A DNA stretch of 63,009 bases, filler included, from Chiloscyllium plagiosum (lineage: Eukaryota), in the NCBI RefSeq assembly GCF_004010195.1. It is 4 parts of one record of this genome, joined end to end, with 100 filler letters (N's around TTAATTAATTAA, not from the genome) between each part and the next. Parts side by side here need not be neighbours in the genome. Positions count along the whole stretch, not along the records: positions 13,824 to 35,390 come from NC_057713.1; positions 35,491 to 54,747 come from NC_057713.1; 2 more parts are not named here. One strand, given 5' to 3'. Position 1 is the stretch's first letter. Every line of letters begins with the position of its first letter. The notes under the pieces were generated by a model. The model had not been told where the DNA came from. It searched no databases and saw only the letters and a program-made list of their open reading frames with translations. Shown in pieces: positions 24,731 to 37,322 of the stretch. Position numbers and translations under genes: made by a program.

Positions 24731-25091
24731 CCCTCTGTCCCAAAAAGCAGCAATGCAGTCTGTTTTTGCACTGAGTTTCTGATTGTGAAGAGAAAGATTA
24801 GAAGCAAGATGTTAATATGGCAATTTGGGGTATTAATGGAATGTAAATGCATGGAGATAGTAAGCTTCTAGTCACTGGAGGGTGCCATTCTAAACTCGCC
24901 ATTTAAGATTTGAGGATTAAAGTGGATATGTTTATCTTTTACTTGGAGATTCTGAGTTTTTTCACTCTTACACTATTTAGTCATCGCACTTAACATGATG
25001 CTTGACACATCAGGGAAGGAAAGTTATACCCCCATGAAACCACTGTCAAATGTTACAAAAATCCATCTGGCTCATGGATGCTCTTCAAAGC

Positions 25092-25458
25092 GTCATAGAG
25101 GTGTACAGCACAGAAACAGACCCTTCTGTCCAACTCGTTCATGCCGACCAGATATCCCAACCCAACCTAGTCTCACCTGCCATCACCTGACCCATATCCC
25201 TCCAAACCCTTCCTATTCATATACCCATTCACATGCCTTTTAAATGTTGCAATTGTACCAGCCTCCACCACTTCCTCTGGAAGCCCATTCCACACACACA
25301 CCACTCTACATGAAAAAGTTGCCTCTTAGGTCTCTTTCATATCTTCCTCCTCTCACCTTAAACCTCTGTCCTCCAGTTCTGGACTCCCCACCCAAGGGAA
25401 AAGACCTTGCCTATCCATGGCCCTCATGATTTTATAAACCTATAAGGTCACCCTTCAC
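25092..25458 (-). mobile_element. CR1 LINE 3' end
   Basis: Closely similar to 2349-2730. Confidence 0.9.
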
Positions 25459-25521
25459 AGGTGATTATTTCGATAGTCTATCAGTACAATTTTAAATATT
25501 GCACAAATTCAGGTTATACTA

Positions 25522-25775
25522 ATAGAGTCATAGAGTCCTACAGCATGGAAATAGGTCCTTTGCCCAAACTGGTCCATACTGACCAAAATGTCCATCCACA
25601 CTAACCCCATTTCCCTGCACCTGGCCCACATCCCTCTAAACCCTTCCTATCCATGTATTTGCCCAAATATCTTTTAAATATTGTTAATGCACCAGCCTCA
25701 ACCACTTCCGCTGGCAGTCCATTCCATATGTATACCACCCGCTGCATAAAAAAAGCTGCCCTTTATTCCATCCCC
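25522..25775 (-). mobile_element. CR1 3' end, split by the L1 insertion (continues at 31697-31945)
   Basis: CR1 tail ATAGAGTCATAGAG; the sequence resumes after the L1 with a near-duplicated CCCTTT(CT)ATTCC(A/T)TCCCC. Confidence 0.8.
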
Positions 25776-27866
25776 TTTTTTTTAAGAGATATTTTAATTG
25801 AAAAGTTAACATATTTTTAGAAGTTTACAGATAAAAAAAAAACCCAAGTATAAACACTGATATACAATTAAATCTTAAATAAATAACCAAAATTTAACAA
25901 AATAAAAGATACCAAGAGAAAAAAAACAAAACTCGACTAACTACTAATCTAACCTACAACTAACCAGAGTATATAATTAAGTGTCTTACATTATTCAAAG
26001 AAGAGAGAAAAAAAACGACGGATAACACAGAAATTGGGTAGTGAGATACATGCTCAGAATGTATTAACATCAAATCGTAACAAAACCCATATTCGTGCGG
26101 GATTCCTCGACCAAGGGGCCCCGGAGCAGCCAGGTTCGCCATCTCAATTAAATAAAAGCCCTTGTTAGGATGGCCGAAATATCTGTATTTGTGTAATTTA
26201 CGGAATAATGCGGCCTTTTGGTGCACCATATTTGTAAGGAAGTCAAGGGGAATACATTTTAAGATTAATCTGTGCCAATTCGAAAGTCCAGGGGGGCCCT
26301 CAACCAGCTAGTTTACCAAAATATTTTTCCTTGCACAGAAAGAGAGAATAGAAAATAATCTCTTCCCGTGCATATCCAGGGAGGGTAAGTTCGAAAAGCC
26401 CAAAAGGAGAGATATAGGGTCCACTCTAATTTCCATTCCTAAGATTTCTGTCAGAGCACTTGCTACTTTAGTCCAATATCTATGGATCTTATGACAATGA
26501 CAATGACAATCTTATGACACGGATCTTATAAGCAATGTACAAAAGTGTCCACCTCTATTTTACATTTGGGACACATTGGAGATGCTCCTGCCTTAAATTT
26601 TGCCAATCGGTCCGGTGCTATATGGGCCCTATGAAGTATCTTCAACTGAATGGCCTGAGTTCTGTTGCAGATGGTGATTCTTCTGGCGTTTTCCCAAATG
26701 TCATTCCACGTTTCTATAGAGATTTCTAGTCCCAAATCCTGATCCCATGTTTTAAGCAGATTGTCCATATCTCTCGATACTTCATCATGTAATAAATGAT
26801 AAATAGTGCTGACGGAAGATACCCCCATCGGCCATAGCACTCTACTTTCTCTATCTGATTTATAAAGACTATCTAATAGCGTAGTCTTCTTCTGTATGTA
26901 GTCTCGAATTTAGAAGTATCGAAAGAGGTCTCCATTAGGCAATCCAAATTTCTGACGCAGCTGTTCAAAAGACATCAGTACCCCTTCTTTAAACAGATCC
27001 CCTAAATATGAGATACCCCTGGATCTCCAGAGTTTGAAAGTGACATCTGTAAGCCCCAGTTGAAACCCCCATGCTCCCACTATCGGAGTATAGGGGGCTG
27101 TTTTATGTGAGTTGCCCTCATTTTGCCACATTATATTCCAAGCTTTAATTGCGTTTAGTATTATAGGGTTTTTACATTGATCCGTAATGATTTTCCTCTT
27201 GTCTGAAAATAAAAAGGTTAATAAGTGGGCATTTTACTTGAGAAGCCTCGATGTCCAGCCAGATTGATTGTGGGTCACCCAAGACCCAATCGGCTATGTA
27301 ACTTAATAGGGAACTTAACTGATATTCCTAAAATCTGGGAAATCTAAGCCTCCCCTTGCCTGTGGAAGCTGTAGCTTCTTCAGCTTAATGAGGGGCCGTC
27401 TGTGATTCCAGATAAAGGAACCCAACCAGCCATATAATTTACGTAGTGCCAGCCTCGGCAGCATCACCGGAAGCATTCTCATAGGGTATAGGAGACGGGG
27501 CAGGACATTCATTTTAATTAGTGCTATTCTACCTAACCAGGAAATTGGAAGGTCTCCCCATTGCTGGAGGTCCTGCCTTATCCTTTCCAGTAAATGCACA
27601 AAGTTAGCCTTGTATAGCTGACCAAATACTGGGGTAAAAAAAATGCCTAAATATAAGAAACCGTCCAGAGACCACCGAAAGGGAAAGTGGGATCCGTCCA
27701 ATAAGTGGGACATACTAGCAGGCCACCCATTGGCATAGCCTCCGATTTTGAGAAATTAATTTTATAGCCTGAAAATACACGAAATGTATTAATAACTTGG
27801 ATTAAACGAGGCACGGACATCAAAGGATTACTGAGAAATAGAAGAACATCATCTGCATAAAGGGTA

Positions 27867-28132
27867 CATAGAACATAGACATAGAACATAGAACAATACA
27901 GCACAGAACAGGCCCTTCGGCCCACGATATTGTGCCAAACATTTGTCCTAGCTTAAGCACCCATCCATGTACCTATCCAATTGCCGCTTAAAGGTCACCA
28001 AAGATTCTGACTCTACCACTACCACAGGCAGCGCATTCCATGCCCCCACCACTCTGGGTTAAGAACCTACCCCTGACATCTCCCCTATACCTTCCACCCT
28101 TCACCTTAAATTTATGTCCCCTTGTAACACTC
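27867..28132 (-). mobile_element. CR1 3' end with (CATAGAA)n tail, nested in the L1
   Basis: CATAGAACATAGACATAGAACATAGAACAATACAGCACAGAACAGGCCCTTCGGCCC. Confidence 0.9.
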
Positions 28133-28349
28133 TAATTATCGAGTATTTTTAGTTGTATTGATCAATGAATGGAGAATAACCTTTTGTATAGTTTGGTATA
28201 TTAGTTGACTGTATTAGTTGTTTTTAATATGTTTATTAAAGCAGAATTCTTAAAACCCAAAATTTGGTTGTGCAAACTCTTCCCTTGGTCACTGGGGAAT
28301 TCACATCCCTTTTTAAGAGTTATTATTCTCTATGGGGATATGCCCTAAA

Positions 28350-29703
28350 TATACACAGGATCTGTTCGGATGAGGAGGAACATGACGGACAGCTGAAAGT
28401 GCTCAAGCATGCCCTCATAAGAACAGGGTGTGATGCTTAATTCATCAACCGCCAGTTCCAACATGCCATAGCGAGAAACCGTAATGACCTCCTTAGGAGA
28501 CAGACACAGGCTGCAACTGATAGGGTACCGTTCATTGTCCAGTACTTCCTGGGAGCTGAAAGACTGCTCCATGCTCTTCGTGGCCTGTAACACATTATTG
28601 ATGAGGGTGAGCACCTTGCCAAGACCTTTCCTACGTCTCCACTTCTCGCCTTTAAACAATCACCAAACATCAAACAGATCATTGTTCGCAGCAAGCTGCC
28701 CAGCCTTCAGGACAACATCGACCACAACACTGTACAACCCGTCACGGCAGCTGCTGCAAGACGTGTCAGAATATCGAACAGATACCATAATTATACGTGG
28801 GGACACGCGGCAGGTACTCATGTGACTTGGCCAACGTTGTCTATCTCTTACACAGCAGGCAAGGATGACCTGAGGCGAGACCAAACAGATGCTACAACAG
28901 CGGATGAATGGACACTGCACAACGATCACCAGACAAACTGTTCCCTCCCAGTCGGGGAACACTTCAGCAGTCCGGGACATTTGGCCTCAGACCTTTGGGT
29001 GACCATCCTCCAAGGTGGATTTTGGGACAGGCAACAACGCAAACGGGCGAGCAGAGTCTGCTAGCCAGGTTGGATACCTCTGGGGCAGCTTCAACCAGGA
29101 ACTTGTGTTCATGTCACAGTACAGGTGACCCTGTTGCACTATACACTCTCTTTCCCACTCACACACCCAAATACTTGCGTACTCATGCAGACTTTCTCTC
29201 ATACGCACACACAGGCACCCCCTGCACTCATGCCCACACATGCACCCTCTCACAAGGCTTATATCGCATCACATTCATACACATACTTGACCAAGCTTGC
29301 ACACATGTACACACACATACACTTTCACATGCACTCACACCCACACGCACAGACTCACATATACACACCCACTCTGTTTCTCCTGCATGCGCACACATAT
29401 AAGTTTATGGGGTGATTTTATATTTGCAGAATTACATTTTATTTTGCTCAAAATCTGTAAGTTTCTGTAAGCCCACTTTAGAAATAGAATTGACTCAACA
29501 TTAGTCAATTCTAATTGACTTTACCCTCACACATTTAATGCATTGTCTGAGTTGAGATGATACCTATTATTGGCTAAGCTGATGCCACCTTGAGAATGTA
29601 ATTCTGGGATTTACGTATTAAAGAATCTAAACCACCATATCCCGTTCTAAAAGATGAAAGACTTAATCTAAATTTGTTTAAGAACTCTCCTCTTCAACAA
29701 TAC
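28350..29703 (+). mobile_element. Penelope-like element 3' portion (RT thumb/GIY-YIG remnants plus CA-rich tract), nested in the L1
   Basis: Remnants reading RICSDEE, VPFIVQYFLG, CDLANVVYL, LPVGEHFSSPGH; CA-rich low complexity at 29130-29400. Confidence 0.75.
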
Positions 29704-32159
29704 GGTAATTTTATGTTTACCTGTACCAATCCTCAGGGCCGTTATATTAGGGTCAGCCCGTATAGCTTCTGCCAGTGGCTCAATTATTAGCGTAAATAGC
29801 AATGGCGAAAGAGGCCATCCCTGACGGCAGCCCCTATCCACACTGAAGCTATTCGAGCCTAATCCATTGGTAATCACAACTGCTTTGGGATCACTATACA
29901 GTGTTGAGACCCATTTGGTAAACACCTTTCCAACGCCAAACCTTTCCAAATGTGTAAAACAGATATGACCATTCAACCCTGTCGAATGCCTTTTCTGCGT
30001 CTAATGAGACTACTACTCCTGGTATCTTTCCCTGATGGCAGGCTTGAATCTCATTCAAAACCCTTCTAACATTATTGGATGATCTACGGCCCTTAATAAA
30101 CCCCGTCGGATCCTCCTTTATGATATGTGGCAATACCCTTTCTAGCCTCAATGCTAAAGTTTTAGAGAGGATTTTAAAATCTACATTTAGCAAGGATATT
30201 GGTCTGTATGACGTGCAATCTTCTGGGTCCTTTCCTTTTTTTGAGAATAAGAGAGACATTCGCCTCTTTCAGCGAAGGCGGGAGACAACCCTGACTCTAT
30301 GAGTAGTTATACATGTCCATAAGTGGACCAGCCAATATTCCTGTAAATTCTTTATAGAATTCAGCTTGAAAGCCATCTGGGCTGGGCGCCTTACCGCTCT
30401 GAAGTTGCCTGATTGCGTCAAGTATTTCTTGGACTGTTAGGGGAACATTCAACCTGTTCTGGAGTTGGGTCCGGAAAGGTCAGGTTTTTAAAAAATGACT
30501 GCATTCTCCTAGTCATGTCTTTGCAATCCTGCGATTTATATAAATCAGAATAAAATTTTCTGAAGATTGCATTAATCCTTTTATGATCATGAGTCAGAAT
30601 ACCTGTACTTTCCTTGATAGACATGATAGTTTGAGGGCCCTTCTTTTTCTTTGCGAGAAATGCTAAGTATCTACCAGGTTTATCGGCAAATTCATACAAC
30701 CTTTGTTTTGCAAATAATATTTCCCTCTTAGCCATTTGCATAAGCGTGGTGTTTAGAGATGCCCTAAGGGCCATAATCCTTTGTAATTTGTTAATAGAAG
30801 GTCTGTCAGCATGTGCTGTTTCAGCCGCTTTTAAGCGAGCTTCAAGCAGACGCTGTTGTTCTCCCTTTAATTTTTTTCTGGGTCGCTGAGTATGAGATGG
30901 TCAAACCTCGCGCGTAAGCTTTGATGGTCTCCCACATCATTGATGGGTTGCTAGCCGTACCAGAAATTAATTTCTAAAAAAAGTTTTAAATTCTTGAGAG
31001 AAGTACTTTACAAATTTACTATCTTTCATCAGAAAGGGTCCATACGCCAATGCCAGGGGGATGTCTCATTGTTCCTCGCTTTGATTTCCATATATACAGC
31101 AGCGTGATCGGAAATTGCTACACTGCCTATTTTACAGGATGATATGGAATTTTAAAAAAATCGAGGGGGCAAAAATATATCGATTCTGGTATGACATTTA
31201 TGTGGATTGGAGTAAAAAGAAAACTTTCTGCCCTGTGGATGAAGGCATCTCCATACATCTACTAATCCTAATTCTTTGTTCAAATCCACCAATTGACTAG
31301 ATCTGGGAGATACTCCTGCAGTACTCTTGGGAATCCTATCTATTTCCGGATCCATAATACAATTAAAATCTCTCCCTATAATTGTATGACGAGCACCAAG
31401 AGCCATCAATTTTGAGAAGGCTTCTGTTATAAATTTAAAAGGATGTGCCAGGGGGCAATACAAATTTAAGATCCCATATTCCTCTCCATTTATAAGGGCT
31501 TTAATCAGAATATATCATCCAGATTTGTCTTTTATCTGATTTAGGATTTTGAAAGGGAAATTCTTCCGAATAAGAATAACAACTCCCATGCCTTTTGAGC
31601 TGAAAGAAGAAAAGAAGGCCTGATCAAATCCACCCTGTCGTAATTTCAAGTGTTCTTTATCCAATAAGTGTGTCTCCTGTAGGACAGCTATATCAACCCT
31701 TTCTATTCCTTCCCCCCTTACCTCCAACCAATGCCCTCCAGTCCTTGATTCCCCAATGTGGAACAAAGATGGAGTGCATTCACCCAATCCGTGCCTGTCA
31801 TGATCTTATTCATTTTCATAAGGTAGCCCTTCAGCCTCCCACACTCAAAATAAAAAAAGTCCCGGCCTGTCCAACCTCTCTCCATAACTCAGACTGTTGA
31901 GTTCTGGCAACATCCTTGTACATTTCTTCTGCACTCTTTCCAGTTTAGGAAATTGTCCTTCCTTTATATAGACTCTAAACCTGACTCAAATGTCATCAGA
32001 AATGGCTAGCAAACGACGATATGTGCATTAAGGACAGGCATGGGCCATTTAGTCCCTAACAAAGCCAAAATTGGCAACTATATTTCATAGATTCGCACAA
32101 TAGATAGCCAGTACCTTATTGGTAATGTTATGAATAGGATTCAAGTCTTCTGCTCATTA

Positions 32160-32970
32160 AAGCAAAATACTGTTGATGCTGGAGACCTAAAATAATAGAA
32201 AGTGCTGAAGCAATTCAGCAGGTCTGGCAGCATCTGTAGAGGGAGAACCATAGGTAACGTTGAGTCCAATTATGTTTCTTTGGAACTGAAAGGGTCTAGA
32301 AATGATTGTCATACAGTTGATAGAGGGGGAAGAGGAGTGAGTAGAACAAATGGTGTTGGTTCAGAAATCAAAAAAACAAGAGGGGATTTGGATGCCAGTA
32401 AAGGAGAGATCTAAATGCAATATAGATGTTAATTATAGGTCCGAATACTTCAAAATAGGTGATACCAAACCATGTAGATTAGACACTTGTATGGTGGTTG
32501 TGTAAGAATGGAAAAGAGAGAGGGGTGTGGTTGAATTGAAGGACAGTGTTCATGTTCTAAAGTTTTTGAACTCCATGTTGTAAAGGCTACATTCTGCATG
32601 AATGCAAAATGAAGTGCTGTCAGTCCACCTTGCACCATGTTTTGATGGAACATTGCAAAAGGCTTAGGACAGAAATTATAGCATGAGAGCATGATGGCAC
32701 ATTGAAATGGCATGTAATGGGAAGAATTGTGTCGTTCTTGTGGACAGAGTTGAGATGTTCAACATTTAGTCTCACCAATGCACATGAGACCACACTGTCA
32801 GCACACTAGTAAACTAGAATGAAAGAATGCCTTGGACAGTGAGACAAGTTTTCTTCTGCTATTGTATGAGAAGGTGTCATTGGTGGGGGTAGAGGTGAAT
32901 GACAGAGTGAATGCTAACAAAGAAAGGGATGGGAAGATATGTTTGTAATGGTGGAAATGGCCAGCCTTTG
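32160..32970 (-). mobile_element. Degenerate Penelope-like 3' fragment
   Basis: GATGCTGGAGA...CAGCAGGTCTGGCAGCATC terminal motif shared with other copies; body similar to 620-1200. Confidence 0.55.
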
Positions 32971-32999
32971 GTTGTAAACCTCAGAATAGCACTCACAAC

Positions 33000-33312
33000 A
33001 TGGTGGCTCAGTGGTTGGCACTGCTGCCTCACAGCACATTCTCCCTATATCTGTGTGGGTTTCCCCTTGGTGCTCCAGTTTCCTCTCACAGTCCAAAGAT
33101 GTGCACGTTAGATAGACTAGCCATGCTAAATTACCCATACTACCAGGGATGTGTAGACTAGCTGGATTGGCCATGGGAAATGCAGAGTTTACAGGTAGCG
33201 AGTGGGGAGAGGTAGATCTGGGTGGGTATACATCTGTGTGGGATGCATTGTGGAGGATCAGTGTGGACTCATGGGCCAAATGGCCTGCTTCCACCCTGTA
33301 GGAATTCTATGA
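33000..33312 (+). mobile_element. tRNA-derived SINE (V-SINE/HE1-like)
   Basis: TGGTGGCTCAGTGGTTGGCACTGCTGCCTCACAGC...CAGTCCAAAGATGTGCA...GGAATTCTATGATT. Confidence 0.85.
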
Positions 33313-33429
33313 TTACTAAATAACCCTGACATTGCTAAGCAGTGTACCAGAAACCAATTAAAATTTATTGGTTGAGTTTGCAATGACTCACTTGCGTGTG
33401 CTGGAAGCAGAAGACCCATCATATCTCCT

Positions 33430-33467
33430 GATTCCTGAAGAAGGGCCTGTGCCCGAAACGTCGAATC
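33430..33467 (+). ncRNA. Minimal type I hammerhead ribozyme motif in a Penelope-derived repeat
   Basis: GATTC-CTGAAGA-A-GGGC(CTGT)GCCC-GAAAC-GTC-GAATC: helix I GAUUC/GAAUC, CUGANGA and GAAA core boxes, GUC cleavage triplet, palindromic ACGU helix III. Confidence 0.75.
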
Positions 33468-35209
33468 TCCTGTTCCCTGGATGCTGCCTGACCTGCTGTG
33501 CTGTACCAGCAATAAAGTTTCAACCATCATATCTCCCCCAGCTCTCTGAAACAGCATTATGCCTCAGTGCCATTCCCACTCCCTACCCTTTCCCCATAAC
33601 TCTGCACATTATTCATATTTAAATGATTATTCTAATGCCTGCTTGAATGATTTGATTGAAATTGCTTTCACCGCATTTGTATGTAGTGCATTCCAGACCT
33701 GAATCACTTGGCTGCATGCTAAAACCTTTCTTCTCACTTTATAATTACATCTTCAAATCATCTCCAAGATGGCACTGGAGAATGGCAACTCCTTGTGAGC
33801 TCTCCTAAGCAGATCATCCCCTCGCATGTTTTAACCTGATATACTTATGTAAGGTATGATTTTTTCGGTTAGCATGCAATACAATATGTTTCACTGTATC
33901 TCAGTACATCTGACAAAAATAAATCAAATCACTTTAAATCTGAACCCTTTCATTCTTGATCTGTTTAAGACCAGGAATTTTCAAGATTAAAAAAAAAATT
34001 CAAACCTCCTCTTATTATCATCACTTCAAGCAAAACAGTCCCAACTTCTCCAATATATCTTCACAACTGAAGTTTCTAATGCCTCAAGTCATTTTTCTAA
34101 ACCTCTTCTGCACTATTCCCCATTAGGTTGATATCCTTTCTAAAGTGTGGCACCCAGAAACGTAGACNNNNNNNNNNNNNNNNNNNNNNNNNNNNNNNNN
34201 NNNNNNNNNNNNNNNNNNNNNNNNNNNNNNNNNNNNNNNNNNNNNNNNNNNNNNNNNNNNNNNNNNNNNNNNNNNNNNNNNNNNNNNNNNNNNNNNNNNN
34301 NNNNNNNNNNNNNNNNNNNNNNNNNNNNNNNNNNNNNNNNNNNNNNNNNNNNNNNNNNNNNNNNNNNNNNNNNNNNNNNNNNNNNNNNNNNNNNNNNNNN
34401 NNNNNNNNNNNNNNNNNNNNNNNNNNNNNNNNNNNNNNNNNNNNNNNNNNNNNNNNNNNNNNNNNNNNNNNNNNNNNNNNNNNNNNNNNNNNNNNNNNNN
34501 NNNNNNNNNNNNNNNNNNNNNNNNNNNNNNNNNNNNNNNNNNNNNNNNNNNNNNNNNNNNNNNNNNNNNNNNNNNNNNNNNNNNNNNNNNNNNNNNNNNN
34601 NNNNNNNNNNNNNNNNNNNNNNNNNNNNNNNNNNNNNNNNNNNNNNNNNNNNNNNNNNNNNNNNNNNTTTTGGAGTTTTACAGAGAGTACCAGAAGACTG
34701 CTCCTTTGGTGTAAAACACTAACCCAAATTTAAAGGCAGAAAGATATGGCCCAAAATTTTAATGAAGCAGATTAAATATTAACGATTTACTGATTTGAAA
34801 GAAAAAAGGGATAATAATTTTGATTTACTTAAAATCACAAGTTTGACCTATAACTATTAATTCATTATTACATCAAATCTCAAGATCCAATTTTTTTTCA
34901 TTTGGAGAACATCAATAGTATAAAATCTAAAATCTGAGAAGTTTCAGTCTTATTTTACTTTAATGCTGCTTTGGGCTCAGTTATACATAAGATGTGTTAC
35001 CTCAGAATCTGCAAATTAAACATTCGGAGTCTCTGGTCTGCAAATTGGACTATTTTGTTCAATCCATCAACCTAAGAAAATAGCAAATTCACCGAGGAGG
35101 AGATGTTAGTACACAATAAAACTCAAGACTAATCAATGTAAAATTGAAAAACAGTTGAAATAATGTAGATGATCAATTGTGTATCCTAATTGAGAAATAA
35201 TTCTTGCTG

Positions 35210-35390
35210 TCGAGAGTGTGGTGCTAGAAAAGCACAGCAGGTCAGGCAGCATCCAAGGAGCAGGAGAGTCGATGTTTCGGACATAAGCCCTTCATCAGGA
35301 ATGAGGCTGTGAGCCGAGGGGGTGGTGAGATAAATGGGAGGGGGCTGGGGCTGGGAGGAAGATAGCTGAGAGTGCGATAGATGCAGGTGG
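35210..35390 (-). mobile_element. Penelope-derived terminal repeat with hammerhead motif (CTGATGA...GAAAC on the minus strand)
   Basis: GATGTTTCGGACATAAGCCCTTCATCAGGAAT. Confidence 0.75.
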
Positions 35391-36024
35391 NNNNNNNNNN
35401 NNNNNNNNNNNNNNNNNNNNNNNNNNNNNNNNNNTTAATTAATTAANNNNNNNNNNNNNNNNNNNNNNNNNNNNNNNNNNNNNNNNNNNNTTTTTTTTCA
35501 AAGTTTTATGAAATCAAGCAAGTAAAGAAGGTATAAACTGCCATTTAATAGTGGTGGTTTTATTCAAACCAGTATTAAATTTCAAAACACATTTAAAGGC
35601 AGATTTTCAGCATCACATTGTCCTCTCAACCAGGAATTGTGCATCTTCACCCACCGTCTGCTTCCAATTCAGCCTGACTTTTGCAATGTGGAAGGAAGCC
35701 ACATTGTCAGAGGTGGGGTGTGAGATCTCAAAAAAGGCGGGCCAACCGAGCCACTCAGGAGGACTGTCCAGGATCTCACAGCACGCACAGTCGGAGTACA
35801 CTTAGCGAAGCAAAGAGGCGCATCCAATCGCACTGCAGGGGGGAGGGGAAGAGTATCGTTTTTTGCTCTCATTTGCCCCGCCCGTTTCAAATGGAAAATG
35901 CTCACCATTTGCGATTAACCTTGATGTTGCCGCATTCAGTCGAACAGAGGGAGGAGGACCAAGTATTTTTGTCCATCTGCACAATTCATGCACCTCTAGC
36001 AACGGCTGATCAATGTACAACTGC

Positions 36025-36175
36025 GATCATCCCCCGCCCTGCGCGCGGCACGCGGCTCAGACCCAGCGACGTCACCTAACGTCTGTGACGCCACAATGGA
36101 GGCATCCTCGTTACACTGTCGGTATTCGTGATGTCACCTAATTGGCAACATTGTGCGTGGAGAGCGCGGGTTGGG
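36025..36175. promoter_or_regulatory. Small CpG cluster with CRE-like sites ~1 kb upstream of RIOK1
   Basis: GCGACGTCACCTAA, GTGACGCCAC, GTGATGTCACCTAA, GCGCGCGG. Confidence 0.45.
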
Positions 36176-37116
36176 TTGGTTACCTATGTTTCCAGAACCT
36201 CACCTGTATTATCTAAACGTTATTTACAACATAACGCATACCATTGTCCGAAACAAGCTTTTCTTTGGTAGGAAACGTAACCCAAATAAAAAGGATCTCT
36301 ATAGTCTATCCAAAAAGTGACCTGTTAGAAAATTGAAAACGAACAACTTCCCTCTGCAACGAGAGTGTGGTGCTGAAAACGCACAGTAGGTCAGGCAGCA
36401 TCCGAGGAGTAAGAGAATCGACAGTCCTTCATCATTCCTGACCACACTCTCGACTCTGATTTCCAGCATCTGCAGCCCTCACTTTCGCCTAGTTGATTTT
36501 TCCCTCTGTGTACCTGACCCAGCCGCTCAGGAATTCAGATTTTAAACTTTTTCACCCCGTAGTTAATAAAGTCAACCAATCGTTTTAGCAAGTTAAGCAG
36601 ACGTGAAGTTTTTATTTCGAGTCGAGTTGTAGGATTTACAAGTGGAAGATCTAAAATATTGGTCGGGTTTGAAATGAGAATAAAGAAAATGGAATATATA
36701 AAACAACTGCGCGTGCTGGCAGTCTGAAAACAAACAAAAACAAATGCTGGAGAAATTTGACCTTGTTTCGAACGAAGTTTCTCCAGCATTTTCTATTTTT
36801 GTTTGAAGTGGAAATGTTACCAGATTTAAAACTAGGCGCTGTTTCTTATACAGTACCAATTACGAAATTAGTTTCGTTTATTCGTTTTCCTCTGTCAATT
36901 CACACTGAATCAAGAAGTGTTTTATGTTAGAAAGAAGAAATGCTTCTTTCAAAAATTCCGATTATTGCTGATCGGGATGGAAAAGGACAGCTGGTCATGT
37001 TCAGGGGTTAAACTCCTGTCGTCACGATCAGGTGGGTGGCGGTCTGCGTTTCGAAATCGCGTTTGTTTGCGGGTTAGTGATGTGGTGCAGTTTGGAGCGG
37101 GGCAGCTGCCATAGCC

Positions 37117-37220
37117 ATGGCCGCCTCGTGCTCTGATAGTTCCCTGTTGAGGGGCTCGAGCTGCTCCATGGACGGTTCCTCGCTCCCCGGGCAGTTTGAT
37201 GATGCGGACACCGAGCACAG
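37117..37220 (+). CDS. RIOK1: RIO kinase 1, coding exon 1
   Basis: gccATGG Kozak; MAASCSDSSLLRGSSCSMDGSSLPGQFDDADTEH contains the conserved RIOK1 PGQFDDAD motif; GT donor at 37221, phase 2; alternative in-frame ATG at 37168. Confidence 0.9.
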
Positions 37221-37322
37221 GTAACCAGTAAGCGGCTGCCGGGACAGGTTAGACTGGAGACGCGCCGTTCATGGATTAATATCTTTTATTGATCACCTTC
37301 TCCAGGTCCCGGGTGCTCTGTT

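Larger units (their letters stand above)
25776..31700 (-). mobile_element. L1-clade LINE ORF2 (EN-RT-Cys-rich), 5'-truncated, interrupted by a nested insert at 27867-29703
   Basis: VLQETHL, IIGRDFNC, YRPISLLNVDFKILSK, SLDAEKAFDRVEW, RGCRQGWPLSPLLF, LYADDVLL, GRIALIKMNVLPRLLY, QLKILHR...CPKC; poly(T) on the + strand at ~25776. Confidence 0.93.

Noticed and set aside
29130..29400. His/Thr-rich ORFs
   Set aside because: CA-rich low-complexity tract associated with the Penelope fragment.
34128..34733. ORFs of 191-201 aa
   Set aside because: They span a 500-N gap and are artefacts; the same applies to the ORFs at 54796-55222.
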